From positions 55,918-119,917 of the IMG/VR virus record IMGVR_UViG_3300033153_016035: a stretch of 64,000 nucleotides of DNA, one strand, 5' to 3'. The notes beneath the pieces are model-generated. The model saw only the letters and a list, made by a program, of their open reading frames with translations, searched no databases and was not told where the DNA came from. Both the position numbers and the translations under genes were made by a program. The stretch comes from a virus. Of this stretch, positions 38,164 to 48,647 are shown piece after piece (position 1 is the first letter of the stretch; each line of letters starts with the position of its first letter).

Positions 38164-38682
38164 TTATCTTCCTCCACCGCAATTTTAAACTTTTTTACCC
38201 GTCAATCGGCGCTCGATCTTACGTACCGCATTTTCAAGCGCCAGTAGTTTGTCACACATATTGTCGCTCCGGTCGCAGGTCCATCTCACCGCCCACTTTC
38301 TATCCTATTGTCCACCACAACCTCGCTCTTTTTCATATCATCATTCATTTACATTACCCCATAAATTCGAGTAACTTTAAAAGCTTCATTTTCAAAATTA
38401 GAAAATCTTTTTGATCCTAAAGGAAATTGGAGTACAAATTGGGGATATTTACTTTGTACTCGGACTTTTTTGTATATCTCCGTAGAAGGGGAATTTCCTT
38501 CCTGTTTTTGGAGACTGCCCACCGCTTACACTCCACGATGACTCCCGTTTGACTGCTTTGAAGAAGATACATCACCTCATCGGGATCTTCACCCCGGCGC
38601 TTGCACCGCTCCAAAGCAGCATCCTTACAAATATCTATAGACATTTTATATCTAAACATATTTTCTCCTTTTAATTGACGGT

Positions 38683-39129
38683 TTACCTGTCCCCCGATAA
38701 TACCCAATTTATAATGCAGTTAAGCCACTTATCCTCTGACTCCCCGCAACCGTCGAGCTGTGCGTTATGCGCGGACTCGGTTATGATGTATTCGATGCAT
38801 TCCTGATACTGCTTTCGGATAGCCTCCGAAAACATCGCCTCCACACGCGCCACCATTAAGAATCTGAAAGACACAACTTGGATTAGTTTCTCCGGCTCCG
38901 TTATTAGTAATAACTCTTCGATGCGTTCCGCTGCGACACGGATGGCTAGAATGAATAAATCCACCTTACCCTTAAAATAATAGTGGACTGTGTTTGGGGT
39001 AACGCTCGCTTCTTCTGCTATTTGGTGGATAGAGGCATTGTACCCCACATTTGCTATTGCTACAACCATTCCTAGGGCGATCTTCCACTTGGTCTGTTCG
39101 ATCGTCACCTCTGTTTTTATTTCAGTCAT
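38683..39129 (-). CDS. TetR-family HTH transcriptional regulator
   Basis: GYNASIHQIAEEASVTPNTVHYYFKGKVDL TetR N-terminal signature. Confidence 0.8.
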   Translation of the reverse strand: MTEIKTEVTIEQTKWKIALGMVVAIANVGYNASIHQIAEEASVTPNTVHYYFKGKVDLFILAIRVAAERIEELLLITEPEKLIQVVSFRFLMVARVEAMFSEAIRKQYQECIEYIITESAHNAQLDGCGESEDKWLNCIINWVLSGDR

Positions 39130-39154
39130 CTATTTTCTCCTTTTTTAGTTGAAG

Positions 39155-39170
39155 CGGCAGACGTCTGCCG
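39155..39170. promoter_or_regulatory. Palindrome CGGCAGACGTCTGCCG, copy 1 (candidate operator)
   Basis: Perfect palindrome just upstream of the TetR gene. Confidence 0.6.
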
Positions 39171-39435
39171 GTTTGCCCGCTAATCCCCGTCTAACTTTTT
39201 AACAGTAATGGGACCGCGCTTTACTTGTTTTACACAGTGAGGACATATGTCGGTGGAAACCAGTACTTCTTCCCTGGTAGCCTCCCGTAGCACCTCACAT
39301 GCCGCCAAAGTCATAAAACGTGTATGCGCACATATACTTAAATGAATCCTTTGCCATGCTGATGTGCTGTGTGACGTGGCTGCCTTAGTAAAAAGGTGGT
39401 TTATTCCAGATTCTGATTTGCCCACTATAAAAATC

Positions 39436-39861
39436 TCAGACACCAGTTTTCTCCTTGATATTCTCAACCCTAACATAACCCGCTGCTTGATATGTTATCT
39501 TCTGATTTACTGTCTTTCGAGATATTATGATAGTGGAACCACACCCGGGACAAGTCACCAGCGTCTCAATTTTTTCTGGAATGTCCGGGAATATTGGGGG
39601 ATTTGTTGTCGGTATGATTTTTTTACAAACTGGACACCCTACTCCCTCCGCATCCCCAGATTCTTCCAGACAATGTACAAGATGTGTGCGATTTGTCTTT
39701 ATCTTCCTCTTTTTATGCTCCGGTATTGGGATGAACCTAAATGCGAGTCCGTCACCCCCCACTTTTAAATTTATTTCAGGGGGATTTTCCATTTGTTCAT
39801 CAGATAATTTGACTTTTATTAAAAGGGTATTATCCTCAATTTTATATGTGGGAATTGTCAT
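39436..39861 (-). CDS. Hypothetical Zn-ribbon protein
   Basis: CPVC and CPGC. Confidence 0.6.
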   Translation of the reverse strand: MTIPTYKIEDNTLLIKVKLSDEQMENPPEINLKVGGDGLAFRFIPIPEHKKRKIKTNRTHLVHCLEESGDAEGVGCPVCKKIIPTTNPPIFPDIPEKIETLVTCPGCGSTIIISRKTVNQKITYQAAGYVRVENIKEKTGV

Positions 39862-40384
39862 ATCTTTTTTCCTAAATGTATGTTTTCAAACTTGCGGTCG
39901 TGGTACAGGTTTTTTGGCTGCGCCTCTGCGAGCCCCTATGATAGGGGTTTATGTGGTAATTTGCTTGCCTACAAATAAGTTCTAGTATCAAACAGGGGTT
40001 TTCATATTTTTGGCGTTTTGGACCATACCACGTATAGAGTAGAGAAAAATCCCAAAAATGAAAAACCCCGAAGATTTCAAAAATACTTTGTACTCGAACT
40101 TGTTTGGCATTTTTAGGGTAAATTTGCATCATTAGGGTTATGGGGGCTACGTGGCTAGTTTCTCTATTTACCGTTTTTGTCATTTTAACTACCTCTTCGT
40201 CCCTTACTTAGTACTGACCGCATTTTGCGGGGATCATGGTTTTTGGTGGAAAATGGCCTTTTTTTGAGGGCTTTTTTGGTCGTTTTTCCACTGGTTTTTT
40301 GGGGGTGGAGTCGGTGTTGGGTGCTGTGCTTAGCTCTTGTTAGGGGTCGACTTTGATTTTATGTTTCGTGTAACTTGTCCGCAA

Positions 40385-40789
40385 CTACCCATTTATGTCC
40401 TCTAAAATTGCATTAAAAAATTCCTCAACTTTGTGGCAGTCATTTAATGTTAAACTTCGTTCGTCATCACTGATAATATATTTGGGATTACCTAACATTA
40501 TTTTAAATAGAGGAGCCCTTTCCGCCCGCGCTATAAAAGCTATTTTTATAACCTGTTTAGGGGCTGTTACCTCCAATAATATGATGCTGTGTTCTTGTAT
40601 ATATCCCCAAACTACCCCCAGTATAGTCCCATTCAGAATTTCTTCTATTGGTAGAAGCGCACAATCTTTTAGGTGGAAGATCACCCAGTCAATCTTCTCC
40701 TCTTCTATCACCTCAATTGTCTTTGGTATACTATATTCCTTAAGCAACTCTACTGGGATTATTTCCCCCTCTAAGTCCTCTAAACTCAT
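40385..40789 (-). CDS. Hypothetical protein
   Basis: AAGGAGG RBS. Confidence 0.65.
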   Translation of the reverse strand: MSLEDLEGEIIPVELLKEYSIPKTIEVIEEEKIDWVIFHLKDCALLPIEEILNGTILGVVWGYIQEHSIILLEVTAPKQVIKIAFIARAERAPLFKIMLGNPKYIISDDERSLTLNDCHKVEEFFNAILEDING

Positions 40790-41022
40790 CTGCTTGTCCT
40801 CCTTAGTGGGTTTACCTGGGGTAACTGTTCTGGGGTAACTGGTTTACTAATTTACCGGTTTCTGGGTGCTTCGTGTAATAGATTTTTTGGTTTCATGGCA
40901 CCGCTTTTTTGGTTTTTGGATTTCGGATTTGAAAATGGGATTTGGTATTTCTTGCTTCTAAGCGCCCCTAGTGCCCGGAGGGGGTGGGTCAAATAAAGCT
41001 TGGGACGGGCCCCGCAAACCCC

Positions 41023-42056
41023 CTAAATAAACCCCCTAAAGGGGGTTTATTTAGATCCATTTTAATCTTTTCTTTTCTTATCAAATCTTTTCCTTTCCGA
41101 ACCACTCCCCGACGCCTCCTATTCTTTCTTTTTTTCTCTTTTCCTGTCTTCTTCATTCTTTTCCCTTCTTGTATGGGTGTGGTGAAGTTTGTGTGGGGGA
41201 TTATGTGGTAAAAACCCGCCCCTACACGGTTATTTGCAGCCAAAATTCCCTCTTATAAACTCTTATCCATCCGATTTCCACCTTTTATGGGCAGGGGGAA
41301 CAGCAAACACTCCGCTATAGCGGGGGTGAATGTACGCATTTTGAATTCATAGATTACCATACCGGCGGGCCAGGGCGTACTATCAATACAAGGAAGATCC
41401 GCCTTCACCGCTCTGTTCTTCTTCTTCTCCATCTCTTTACCTCCCCTCTTTTCTCTCTTTTCTCTCTTTTCTCTTCTTTGTCTTTTCACCTATAAGTTTG
41501 TTATCTATAACCCCAAAGGGATGTCGACTATCTTACCATTTTATTCTTTTATGTCAAGGCTTTTTTTATAAATTTTTGGAGGATATGCCGTATATAAACC
41601 AGCGAAAAAAGAACAAAACTCTACAAACCAATAAAGTGGGATTTTTTTAGGGGGTGCGTTTTTTACAAGTGTGTGGGGGGAAACACCTTAATGGGGGTGC
41701 TCGGGGCCGGAATAATGGCCCGTTTTTTTATCTTTTTTGATCAAATGTGTGCGATTTCGCACACATTTAGCTCTGGAAACACATAGTACCTTCTGTTATA
41801 ACTCCTTATCCTTCATCTTCTTCCCTCTATTTTCGTATCCTCCTTTTTTTACCCCCTCTGGAATGCCTATAGAATATGGGCCACAGAGCCTTATGTAGCC
41901 CATATTCTACGGGCCTCAAAAATTTATTAAAAAAATGACCCGTCTCCTTACTCCCCGTAAGCCTAGAAGCGGATCCCAAAATAGCCAAAAATACATACGG
42001 GATTTTTTAAAATATTCTATACACCACCCCAATCCCCACTACACCACACCCATACA
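41023..42056. other. Symmetric, largely non-coding locus (candidate replication origin/terminus or genome-end junction)
   Basis: 15-bp inverted repeat 41170-41184/42042-42056; palindromes 41023-41054, 41743-41768 and 41870-41909; plus strand changes from G/T-rich to A/C-rich. Confidence 0.5.
41530..41557 (-). promoter_or_regulatory. sigma70-type promoter
   Basis: TTGACA-16 nt-TAAGAT, similar to the 26789-26816 promoter. Confidence 0.55.
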
Positions 42057-42296
42057 GCTTACACAGGGGATTGCTAGAAGAATAATAAAAGAAAGGCATA
42101 AAAAAAGCCCCGGTCTGCCAGCCACAGCTTCCCAAGGCTTTATCGTATACGCCTCACTTATGTTAGTAAACACAAGGAGAGTCTGTCTATATGATACCAG
42201 ATAAAAAGCAGCAATTCAATAAAAACAAGATTTATAATTGGGCCATGCAAAAAACCCCACTCCCCCCACCACAAGCAGGAAAGAAACCAATCGAGA

Positions 42297-42716
42297 TCAA
42301 AGTAGTCTCCGTCCTCGTTCCCGCACTTTGCCTAATACTTTTAAAACACTATCCGTGTCCCATTGCCTAACCCCTTTCTTAAATCTCGCTTTACACTCCG
42401 CCGCATGCTGTTCTTCAAACTCTTGAAGCACTCTAAGTTCTGCTCGTGTCATATCTTTAAACCTACTAATCTTTCCTAGCTTTTCTACAACTTCTACCGG
42501 TGTGAGGTTGGTAACATTCTCTCTGTCCCACTCCTTAAAGTAGTCCCGGCAGTCCCTACAACCCAACCCCAGTCCCACACCATGCACGCACAACCGATCA
42601 TGATCCTTCCACACATGTCCGTCCAGCACCAGCCTCCGCTTGCGCTTTTTCCCGTGTACCTTACATTTGATCTTTATAAAATGCTCTTCCACTCTTTGCC
42701 CTTCTAGTAATTCCAT
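42297..42716 (-). CDS. Hypothetical Cys/His protein
   Basis: GAGG RBS before MELLEG; CKVH and LCVHG...CRDC. Confidence 0.6.
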   Translation of the reverse strand: MELLEGQRVEEHFIKIKCKVHGKKRKRRLVLDGHVWKDHDRLCVHGVGLGLGCRDCRDYFKEWDRENVTNLTPVEVVEKLGKISRFKDMTRAELRVLQEFEEQHAAECKARFKKGVRQWDTDSVLKVLGKVRERGRRLL

Positions 42717-42717
42717 T

Positions 42718-43095
42718 TTAATACCTCTCAGTCCTTTTGTGTTTCTTAATCTCCAGCTCCCACGCCAGCTTTTCCTTTTCATCCGGTAGTCTGGGTTTCC
42801 TTAAGGGTGGGAGGTAGAAGACGTTAAGATATTTACCGTGGTCAGTGTGGGTGGCTGTTTTTATATGTGCCTTGCAATCGGGGCATTCATTAACCAACTT
42901 CCTGCCGTGGGCGCAGTGTTCTATGGGGAAAAAATGCCAGTCAAACCCCTGAAGTACCATCCTACCATTGTGTATTTTACAGGGTATCACCACATTATTG
43001 GGCGGCGTCTCCTTACACACATTACAAACAAAACGTGGCACTGATTCTTTGAGTGTCCAGATACACCCACACTGGAAACATCTAACCCTAAACAT
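42718..43095 (-). CDS. Hypothetical Zn-finger protein
   Basis: CFQC, CNVC, CKIH and CAHG...CPDC. Confidence 0.6.
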   Translation of the reverse strand: MFRVRCFQCGCIWTLKESVPRFVCNVCKETPPNNVVIPCKIHNGRMVLQGFDWHFFPIEHCAHGRKLVNECPDCKAHIKTATHTDHGKYLNVFYLPPLRKPRLPDEKEKLAWELEIKKHKRTERY

Positions 43096-43112
43096 AAGTC
43101 TACCTTACCAAA

Positions 43113-43132
43113 ACCGGCAGACGTCTGCCGGT
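43113..43132. promoter_or_regulatory. Palindrome ACCGGCAGACGTCTGCCGGT, copy 2
   Basis: Perfect 20-bp palindrome 18 bp upstream of ATG 43095. Confidence 0.6.
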
Positions 43133-43670
43133 CTAACCAAAAACTAAAATAAAAGCCCCCCACAACACAAGTAGAATTCCAACTAAAGCAGTATGAACTC
43201 TATACTTATGCGAGCGGGTGGCGACGCAAATCCCCCAAAGCCCTACTACCACGCAGACAACCCCATAAAGCGCAATCATGTTCACGCCGGGTCTTCGTCA
43301 GCGGGCAGACTATCCACAATCTTATTTATCTTCTTATTAGTAGAAGATAATCTCCTCTGTAGATCCTCTAATTCTTCACGAGTTTTGTTCCTTATCGCCA
43401 CCAAAGACTCTAAAGACTCAAGAAGTGCCAGTTTTTCCTCTTTTTTCATCGTAGATCCTTCCTTTTTAAGTAATTATCCACCGACCGTACGGAATTTAAG
43501 ATTTTTGCCATCCAACCATCTCCATAAACCCCAAAAAAGAATTTTTTGAAAATTTTTAAATGTCATTTTAAGGGTTTTACAGAAATTACAGGATTATTTG
43601 GGTGTTTAATTTCCATATAACGATAAAATTGTAGTGGAATTTGGTAAAAAACTAGGAATTTTTATAGGAT

Positions 43671-44453
43671 TTAGCTCTCCCAAAGTAACAATCTCTTAAA
43701 AAACTCCGACCCGCGTTCATCGTATGCTGTAATCGGTTGACGTTCTCGCAGACAGCGAAAATATGCCAAGACATCCTCGGCGATCGCCGCCGAAAACCAC
43801 TCACCTCCCACCCGGAAACTCTCCAAAGTACCATGAATCAAACTCTCAGAGAGCGCGCCTTGTTTTACCCGCACAACCTCCTTCAATTCCAGACCGGTCG
43901 GATTACCACATTGGAGACGGACCAGATTACTCACCGGATTTTTCGAGTGCCCGATCTTTACATCCCCACTCAACCGAGAATAAACGAGATACACAAAAGT
44001 CTCATCTTCCTTACGAAAATCCGAGACTTCGTGGAACTCACAGCACATATCACAGTAAAACCCCCCTTCGGTAGATACCAAAAGTTCATCACATTCCTCA
44101 CAATAAAACTCTACAGACACCACGGAGCGTTCACCATAATATAACCCATCCTTCTCCGCCCACGCCGTACGATCCAACTTCAATCGCTCCCCTGCATCGA
44201 GGCCCGTTTCCCCGAAATACTCCATGATCGCAGAAAACGCCTCGTCGGCAAATTGTCTCGGATCCCCACCGGCAAGTCCACACTTGTAAGTCCAGGCCCA
44301 TTCATTTACCCGCATCTGCATCAAGTATGCTCTCTCCTTACCGTGGATATTGCCCTTCCGGTACTGTTTACCGTCAAGGCTCATGTGGAGGCGGTAGAAT
44401 CCCCGGTTCTTCTCATAAATCGGCCTGGGTTTTATCCCCATCAGATTACCCAA
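43671..44453 (-). CDS. T5orf172/MUG113-type GIY-YIG domain protein
   Basis: FVYLV...VKIGHSKNP...LQCGNP..L...E..IH...GEWF. Confidence 0.8.
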   Translation of the reverse strand: MGNLMGIKPRPIYEKNRGFYRLHMSLDGKQYRKGNIHGKERAYLMQMRVNEWAWTYKCGLAGGDPRQFADEAFSAIMEYFGETGLDAGERLKLDRTAWAEKDGLYYGERSVVSVEFYCEECDELLVSTEGGFYCDMCCEFHEVSDFRKEDETFVYLVYSRLSGDVKIGHSKNPVSNLVRLQCGNPTGLELKEVVRVKQGALSESLIHGTLESFRVGGEWFSAAIAEDVLAYFRCLRERQPITAYDERGSEFFKRLLLWES

Positions 44454-44708
44454 GACTCTCCCCCTCCATAGGGCTTTTAGTTGGTTCCACGACCCCTATC
44501 CTCCTGTAACCACATCCGTTGTATTTCAAGTAACATTTTATCCACGTCGCGTGCCGAGGTGACCTCATTCCAAACATTCTGAGGGTATGCCACCACCGAT
44601 ACTGGCGCAGTGGGTTTGCATTTAGGACACACCCCATCTTTGTGCTTTTGGGCGATGTGACTACTATTAGAAAAAAGCCAGGGGGCACCACACTTTTTAC
44701 ATTTAACC

Positions 44709-45044
44709 TCAAACATCTGTGCCCTCCGCCACGACGTCCACTAGCTTATCGAGTGGAACGACCACGGTAAGCTGCCACTTATAACTTTTTGAGTACTTTT
44801 GACAGGCGGGGCATTTCAAATAATCTTTTTTCATAACCCCGACCATCCCCGCCGGTGCCATAAAAAAATCACAATGCGGGCACACCACCACAGGGACGTG
44901 GTTACTGACTTTATCCTCCAGAGCTTCTCCCTTTGCTGTCGACCCACCCCCGTGTACCGCGCAGTACCCCTTCTTTATATCCTCTGCCAGCTCGGTAAAA
45001 TCGAGCCCAAACTTTTCCTTTAATTCCTTAAGATTTGCTTCCAC
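44709..45044 (-). CDS. Hypothetical Zn-ribbon protein
   Basis: CPHC and CPAC; GGAGG RBS. Confidence 0.6.
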   Translation of the reverse strand: MEANLKELKEKFGLDFTELAEDIKKGYCAVHGGGSTAKGEALEDKVSNHVPVVVCPHCDFFMAPAGMVGVMKKDYLKCPACQKYSKSYKWQLTVVVPLDKLVDVVAEGTDV

Positions 45045-45062
45045 ACTGTGCCTCCCAGTAAA

Positions 45063-45761
45063 TTACAATACAATCTTCCGTCTATGCGGTATTACCATCT
45101 TCTGTGTTGATGGGAGTACCTCCTTTAGATCCAGCAGCACCTTTTGGACATCTGGAAAAGAATCCCAGGCGCCATTTGTCCACTCATACTCCAGCACCGG
45201 TACATTATTTTTCTTAAACCACGGCCACACCACCTCTGCGTACGCCTCTCTAAGCCCGTCCAGATACTCCACAGTCACCGCTGTCTCACAAACCCGGTAA
45301 CCCTCATCTTTCATCCGCTTTTGGATACGTTTAATACAAAATTCTGAGGGTGCATCAAGTTTAATGACAGCATGGGGTGCCAGGAGCTGTGCTTCCATCG
45401 TCTTTCTGTGCGCCATATAGATTTTATAATCCATATCGCCTAAAAAACCATCCTTCCACAGCTTAAAGGCGAACCCATAGTCCCCCCATATGGTCCTGTC
45501 AAAAATACTTTCATGGCGCCACTTCCACTCGAACTCCTGCGCTTGTCTGTGTTGAAAGTAGCGCGAGTCCATATAATAAAACTGAAGGTGGAGCGCCGCC
45601 GGTGAGGGTTTAATGTTTTGTTCTATATCCCTATAAAAAGGCGCAAGCGGGGCACCGGCCACCTCCTCACAAAACGATCGCGACCCTGGAAGTGCTTTTT
45701 CCAGTAAACCACGCAGATGCGTTTTCCCAATCCCTATCCCGTGACTTTCTATAACTATCAT
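45063..45761 (-). CDS. Deoxynucleoside kinase family protein
   Basis: P-loop GIGIGKT, LQFYY, FDRTIWGD..F, RIQKR lid and YLDGL. Confidence 0.85.
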   Translation of the reverse strand: MIVIESHGIGIGKTHLRGLLEKALPGSRSFCEEVAGAPLAPFYRDIEQNIKPSPAALHLQFYYMDSRYFQHRQAQEFEWKWRHESIFDRTIWGDYGFAFKLWKDGFLGDMDYKIYMAHRKTMEAQLLAPHAVIKLDAPSEFCIKRIQKRMKDEGYRVCETAVTVEYLDGLREAYAEVVWPWFKKNNVPVLEYEWTNGAWDSFPDVQKVLLDLKEVLPSTQKMVIPHRRKIVL

Positions 45762-45779
45762 AAATTGTTTTGTCTTTCC

Positions 45780-45801
45780 AACCGGCAGACGTCTGCCGGT
45801 T
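45780..45801. promoter_or_regulatory. Palindrome AACCGGCAGACGTCTGCCGGTT, copy 3
   Basis: Perfect 22-bp palindrome 19 bp upstream of the kinase start. Confidence 0.6.
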
Positions 45802-46294
45802 TATGTAAATGACAGGCACCAATGCGCACGGCCAGGTGGTAAGTGCCTGTCGTACAGTAGGATACTTATGTAATCGTTTTGTCTTCATTATCTATTTTTT
45901 CCAGTAGAACAGTAGCCCTCTGCGCCACCGCTGTAAAAAAGTCTTTCATAAACTCCACATCACGGCGTTCAAATTTCCCAATTTTCATAGCGCGGTTTAT
46001 GTCGCGGCACGCCCGCTCAACTATTTCCATATCAGTCATTTAATCCTCTTGTTTAAACCCCCTACACTCGGCACATTGATGTCTTCTGGACCACCCCCGC
46101 GCCGGGTATACAGCTTTACCATGAACATGACACACCATTCTATTGCAGTGCTCACATTCATACTTGGCTTCGTGCTGGCAGCCTTCCAGTTCACACAGCG
46201 TCTCCGCTTTCATAGACTATACCCCTCCCGCTTGGTCCGCGTCGACCCACAACCGGGACAATCCCCGTAATTGATTAAGATACTATCCACAACT

Positions 46295-46579
46295 TCAAAC
46301 CTTCCGGTGTTCAAACATTTTAAGTCGAAGAGCCTTGGGCGAGATTCCCCCATTAAAAAGCACATCCAAATTATCATCGCCAGACGTCACCTCACCAAGA
46401 GCATATTTCTCCGACCCAACAGTATCGTAAACCAGCAACCGCACTACGTCACCCACCTTCAAACTTTTTATAGGTGTTTCTACATATACAGGAACCCCCC
46501 TCCGTATACGGGCCACAATATCCGCACTATCCAAAGAGGGTATAAACTCGTGGACTAAAAACGTATGTACTTTACCCAC
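46295..46579 (-). CDS. Hypothetical protein
   Basis: Coupled ORF. Confidence 0.5.
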   Translation of the reverse strand: MGKVHTFLVHEFIPSLDSADIVARIRRGVPVYVETPIKSLKVGDVVRLLVYDTVGSEKYALGEVTSGDDNLDVLFNGGISPKALRLKMFEHRKV

Positions 46580-47171
46580 AATAATCCCCTAAAAGTTTCT
46601 CATCCCGATACCTCTGGCTAAGTATAAAAAAGTGTTTAGTCCCCGTAGTCCTACGCCTATCAGCCCCCTTCTTTGCTTCCTCTTCTGTGCGAAAGCATTC
46701 CTTGACTGCAAAAAGACGACCATCCTTCCGCTCTTCTATAATGTACCATAATTTATCCGGTAACTTAGACCCATCTTCCATCACCTACACTCCAAACAAT
46801 AATACATATCCCGCTCCTGCCCATCCTGGCACATGATTTCCTTAACCCAGGCGTGGCCTTTACAACAGGCTTTACCACAATCACGGCACCGGCCAGTTGA
46901 GGGCTGCCTACAACCGGGAACACCGCATCGACGCGGAGGATTCTTATCCTTCTTACTCCTCTTGCTTTTCTTTAATTTCAAAGCCTATCCCCTTTTCTGG
47001 CAGCCTTGTGAGCATACTGCGCCTTTCTACAGTAATGGGGATTTCCACGGCAGTATTTGTACCACTCAAATCCCAACTCGCAATGCTTTACCGGCAAATT
47101 ATCATAGTAGCTGCACGTCTCATCACCCCGGGCCAAATTCTGGAGCTTATCGGGCCGGTGCCTTTCTTTTT

Positions 47172-48545
47172 TCACCCCTTCCCCCCGCCACCCAGGCTAA
47201 AACAATCATCACACAAAATTAAACCAAATGGGTTAATGCCCGCTGCCTCGCCACCACAATCTAAGGTGGCACAGATCAGACCTTTCCAGGGCGGATCTTG
47301 AATCTTAGCCTCATCAGATATTAAAGTGAAAGTAGAAAACGTCCGAATACATTTTTTCGATATCCCTTCCTCGGCATCTTCAAAATCATCTATGTCATCA
47401 AATAAAGAAGCCTCACAACTGTTCCTGGCGCGTTTGCCAACATAATCCTCCATAGGTTCAAGCCCTTTCTCAAACCTATGTAAAATCGTAGAGAAAGCCT
47501 CCCTGCTACTATCAACTCCAATCCAATTTCTTCCTAACTCATCAGAAACCACTAAAGTTGTTCCAGAACCTGCAAAACAATCAACAACTAAGTCTCCCGG
47601 ATTTGAAGAGGCTTCTATAATTCTACGTAGCAAATCTGGATTTTTCTCTGTGGGATACCCTGTAATTTTAATATTCTGATTATGCGCATCTTTAAAATCA
47701 AGCCAAACATCCTGTACTCCTACTCCTGAATGTTCATCTAAATATACCTTCCTCCTGGGATTGCCATTTTTAGACCAATATATTCCCCCTCGTGCGTCCA
47801 TCTCCTCCAATTTAGAAGGAATATATTGCCAATGCTTACCAGGAGGCGGCAGCATCCCCCTCCACTCTTTGCCTGTCTCGCCATTTCTTTCCCCTGGGGC
47901 ATGAATAGGAACTCTCATATACTTTCGTCCTGTGCCTTCCTCTACACACTGGTACTCCTTTGTACCTCCCTTAGAAAGAGGTTCAACGGGACGATTCCAT
48001 GTATACTTATCAGTCTTTGTATAGAATAAAATGAAATCAGCGATATTCCCATACGTCTTTCTAGTGTAATTCTTGGGATTACACTTTTTTCTCACTATCA
48101 AATTTCGATATCTAGCCCTCCCAAACACCTCATCCATAATAATCTTCATTTCAAAAACCATTTTCTCGTCAAGATGCAAATAAATAGAACCTGTAGGAGA
48201 TAAAAGTTCTCGAAGAAGAATCAATCGCTCTCGTATATATTCAATATATGTAGCACCACGCAAATCGTCACTATACGCCTGTTTTTGCTTTCGAGAATAA
48301 AACGTATTCCTGGTTGCAAAAGGCGGATCAATGTATACGAGTTCCACTTTTCCGCATACCCCAGAATCCGTCCTTAGGTGTCTCAACACCTCTAAGTTAT
48401 CACCAAAATACAAACGTTTTAAATCCGTATCCCCATATAATCGTTTTATTTCAGTATTACTCTTTACAATAATCTCGGCTTCTTTTTTCTTACGCCCATA
48501 TACAAGTCCCACCCCCTCATCAGTCTCTTCACTCCTCTTTTTCAT
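47172..48545 (-). CDS. DNA amino-methyltransferase, beta class (Mod-like, probably N6-adenine)
   Basis: YIDPPF (motif IV) precedes YPTEKN and DCFAGSGTT (motif I). Confidence 0.9.
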   Translation of the reverse strand: MKKRSEETDEGVGLVYGRKKKEAEIIVKSNTEIKRLYGDTDLKRLYFGDNLEVLRHLRTDSGVCGKVELVYIDPPFATRNTFYSRKQKQAYSDDLRGATYIEYIRERLILLRELLSPTGSIYLHLDEKMVFEMKIIMDEVFGRARYRNLIVRKKCNPKNYTRKTYGNIADFILFYTKTDKYTWNRPVEPLSKGGTKEYQCVEEGTGRKYMRVPIHAPGERNGETGKEWRGMLPPPGKHWQYIPSKLEEMDARGGIYWSKNGNPRRKVYLDEHSGVGVQDVWLDFKDAHNQNIKITGYPTEKNPDLLRRIIEASSNPGDLVVDCFAGSGTTLVVSDELGRNWIGVDSSREAFSTILHRFEKGLEPMEDYVGKRARNSCEASLFDDIDDFEDAEEGISKKCIRTFSTFTLISDEAKIQDPPWKGLICATLDCGGEAAGINPFGLILCDDCFSLGGGGKG

Positions 48546-48647
48546 TATTTACTCCAAAAGTCAGTTCTTCGCCCAGGTACACCCCGACCACTTCGTTCTT
48601 CTGGTAGTTCCAGATATGATCGTAGATATCTATCACCGTCAGATATT

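Noticed and set aside
40984-42204. Low-complexity ORFs 40989..41243, 41253..41489 and 41935..42204
   Set aside because: They are explained by purine/pyrimidine tracts and the inverted repeat, which gives the shared TTPIQ. Coding status is unsupported.
30780-48545. Complete restriction-modification system
   Set aside because: The two methyltransferases are 15 kb apart and have no recognisable cognate endonuclease, so they are treated as orphans.
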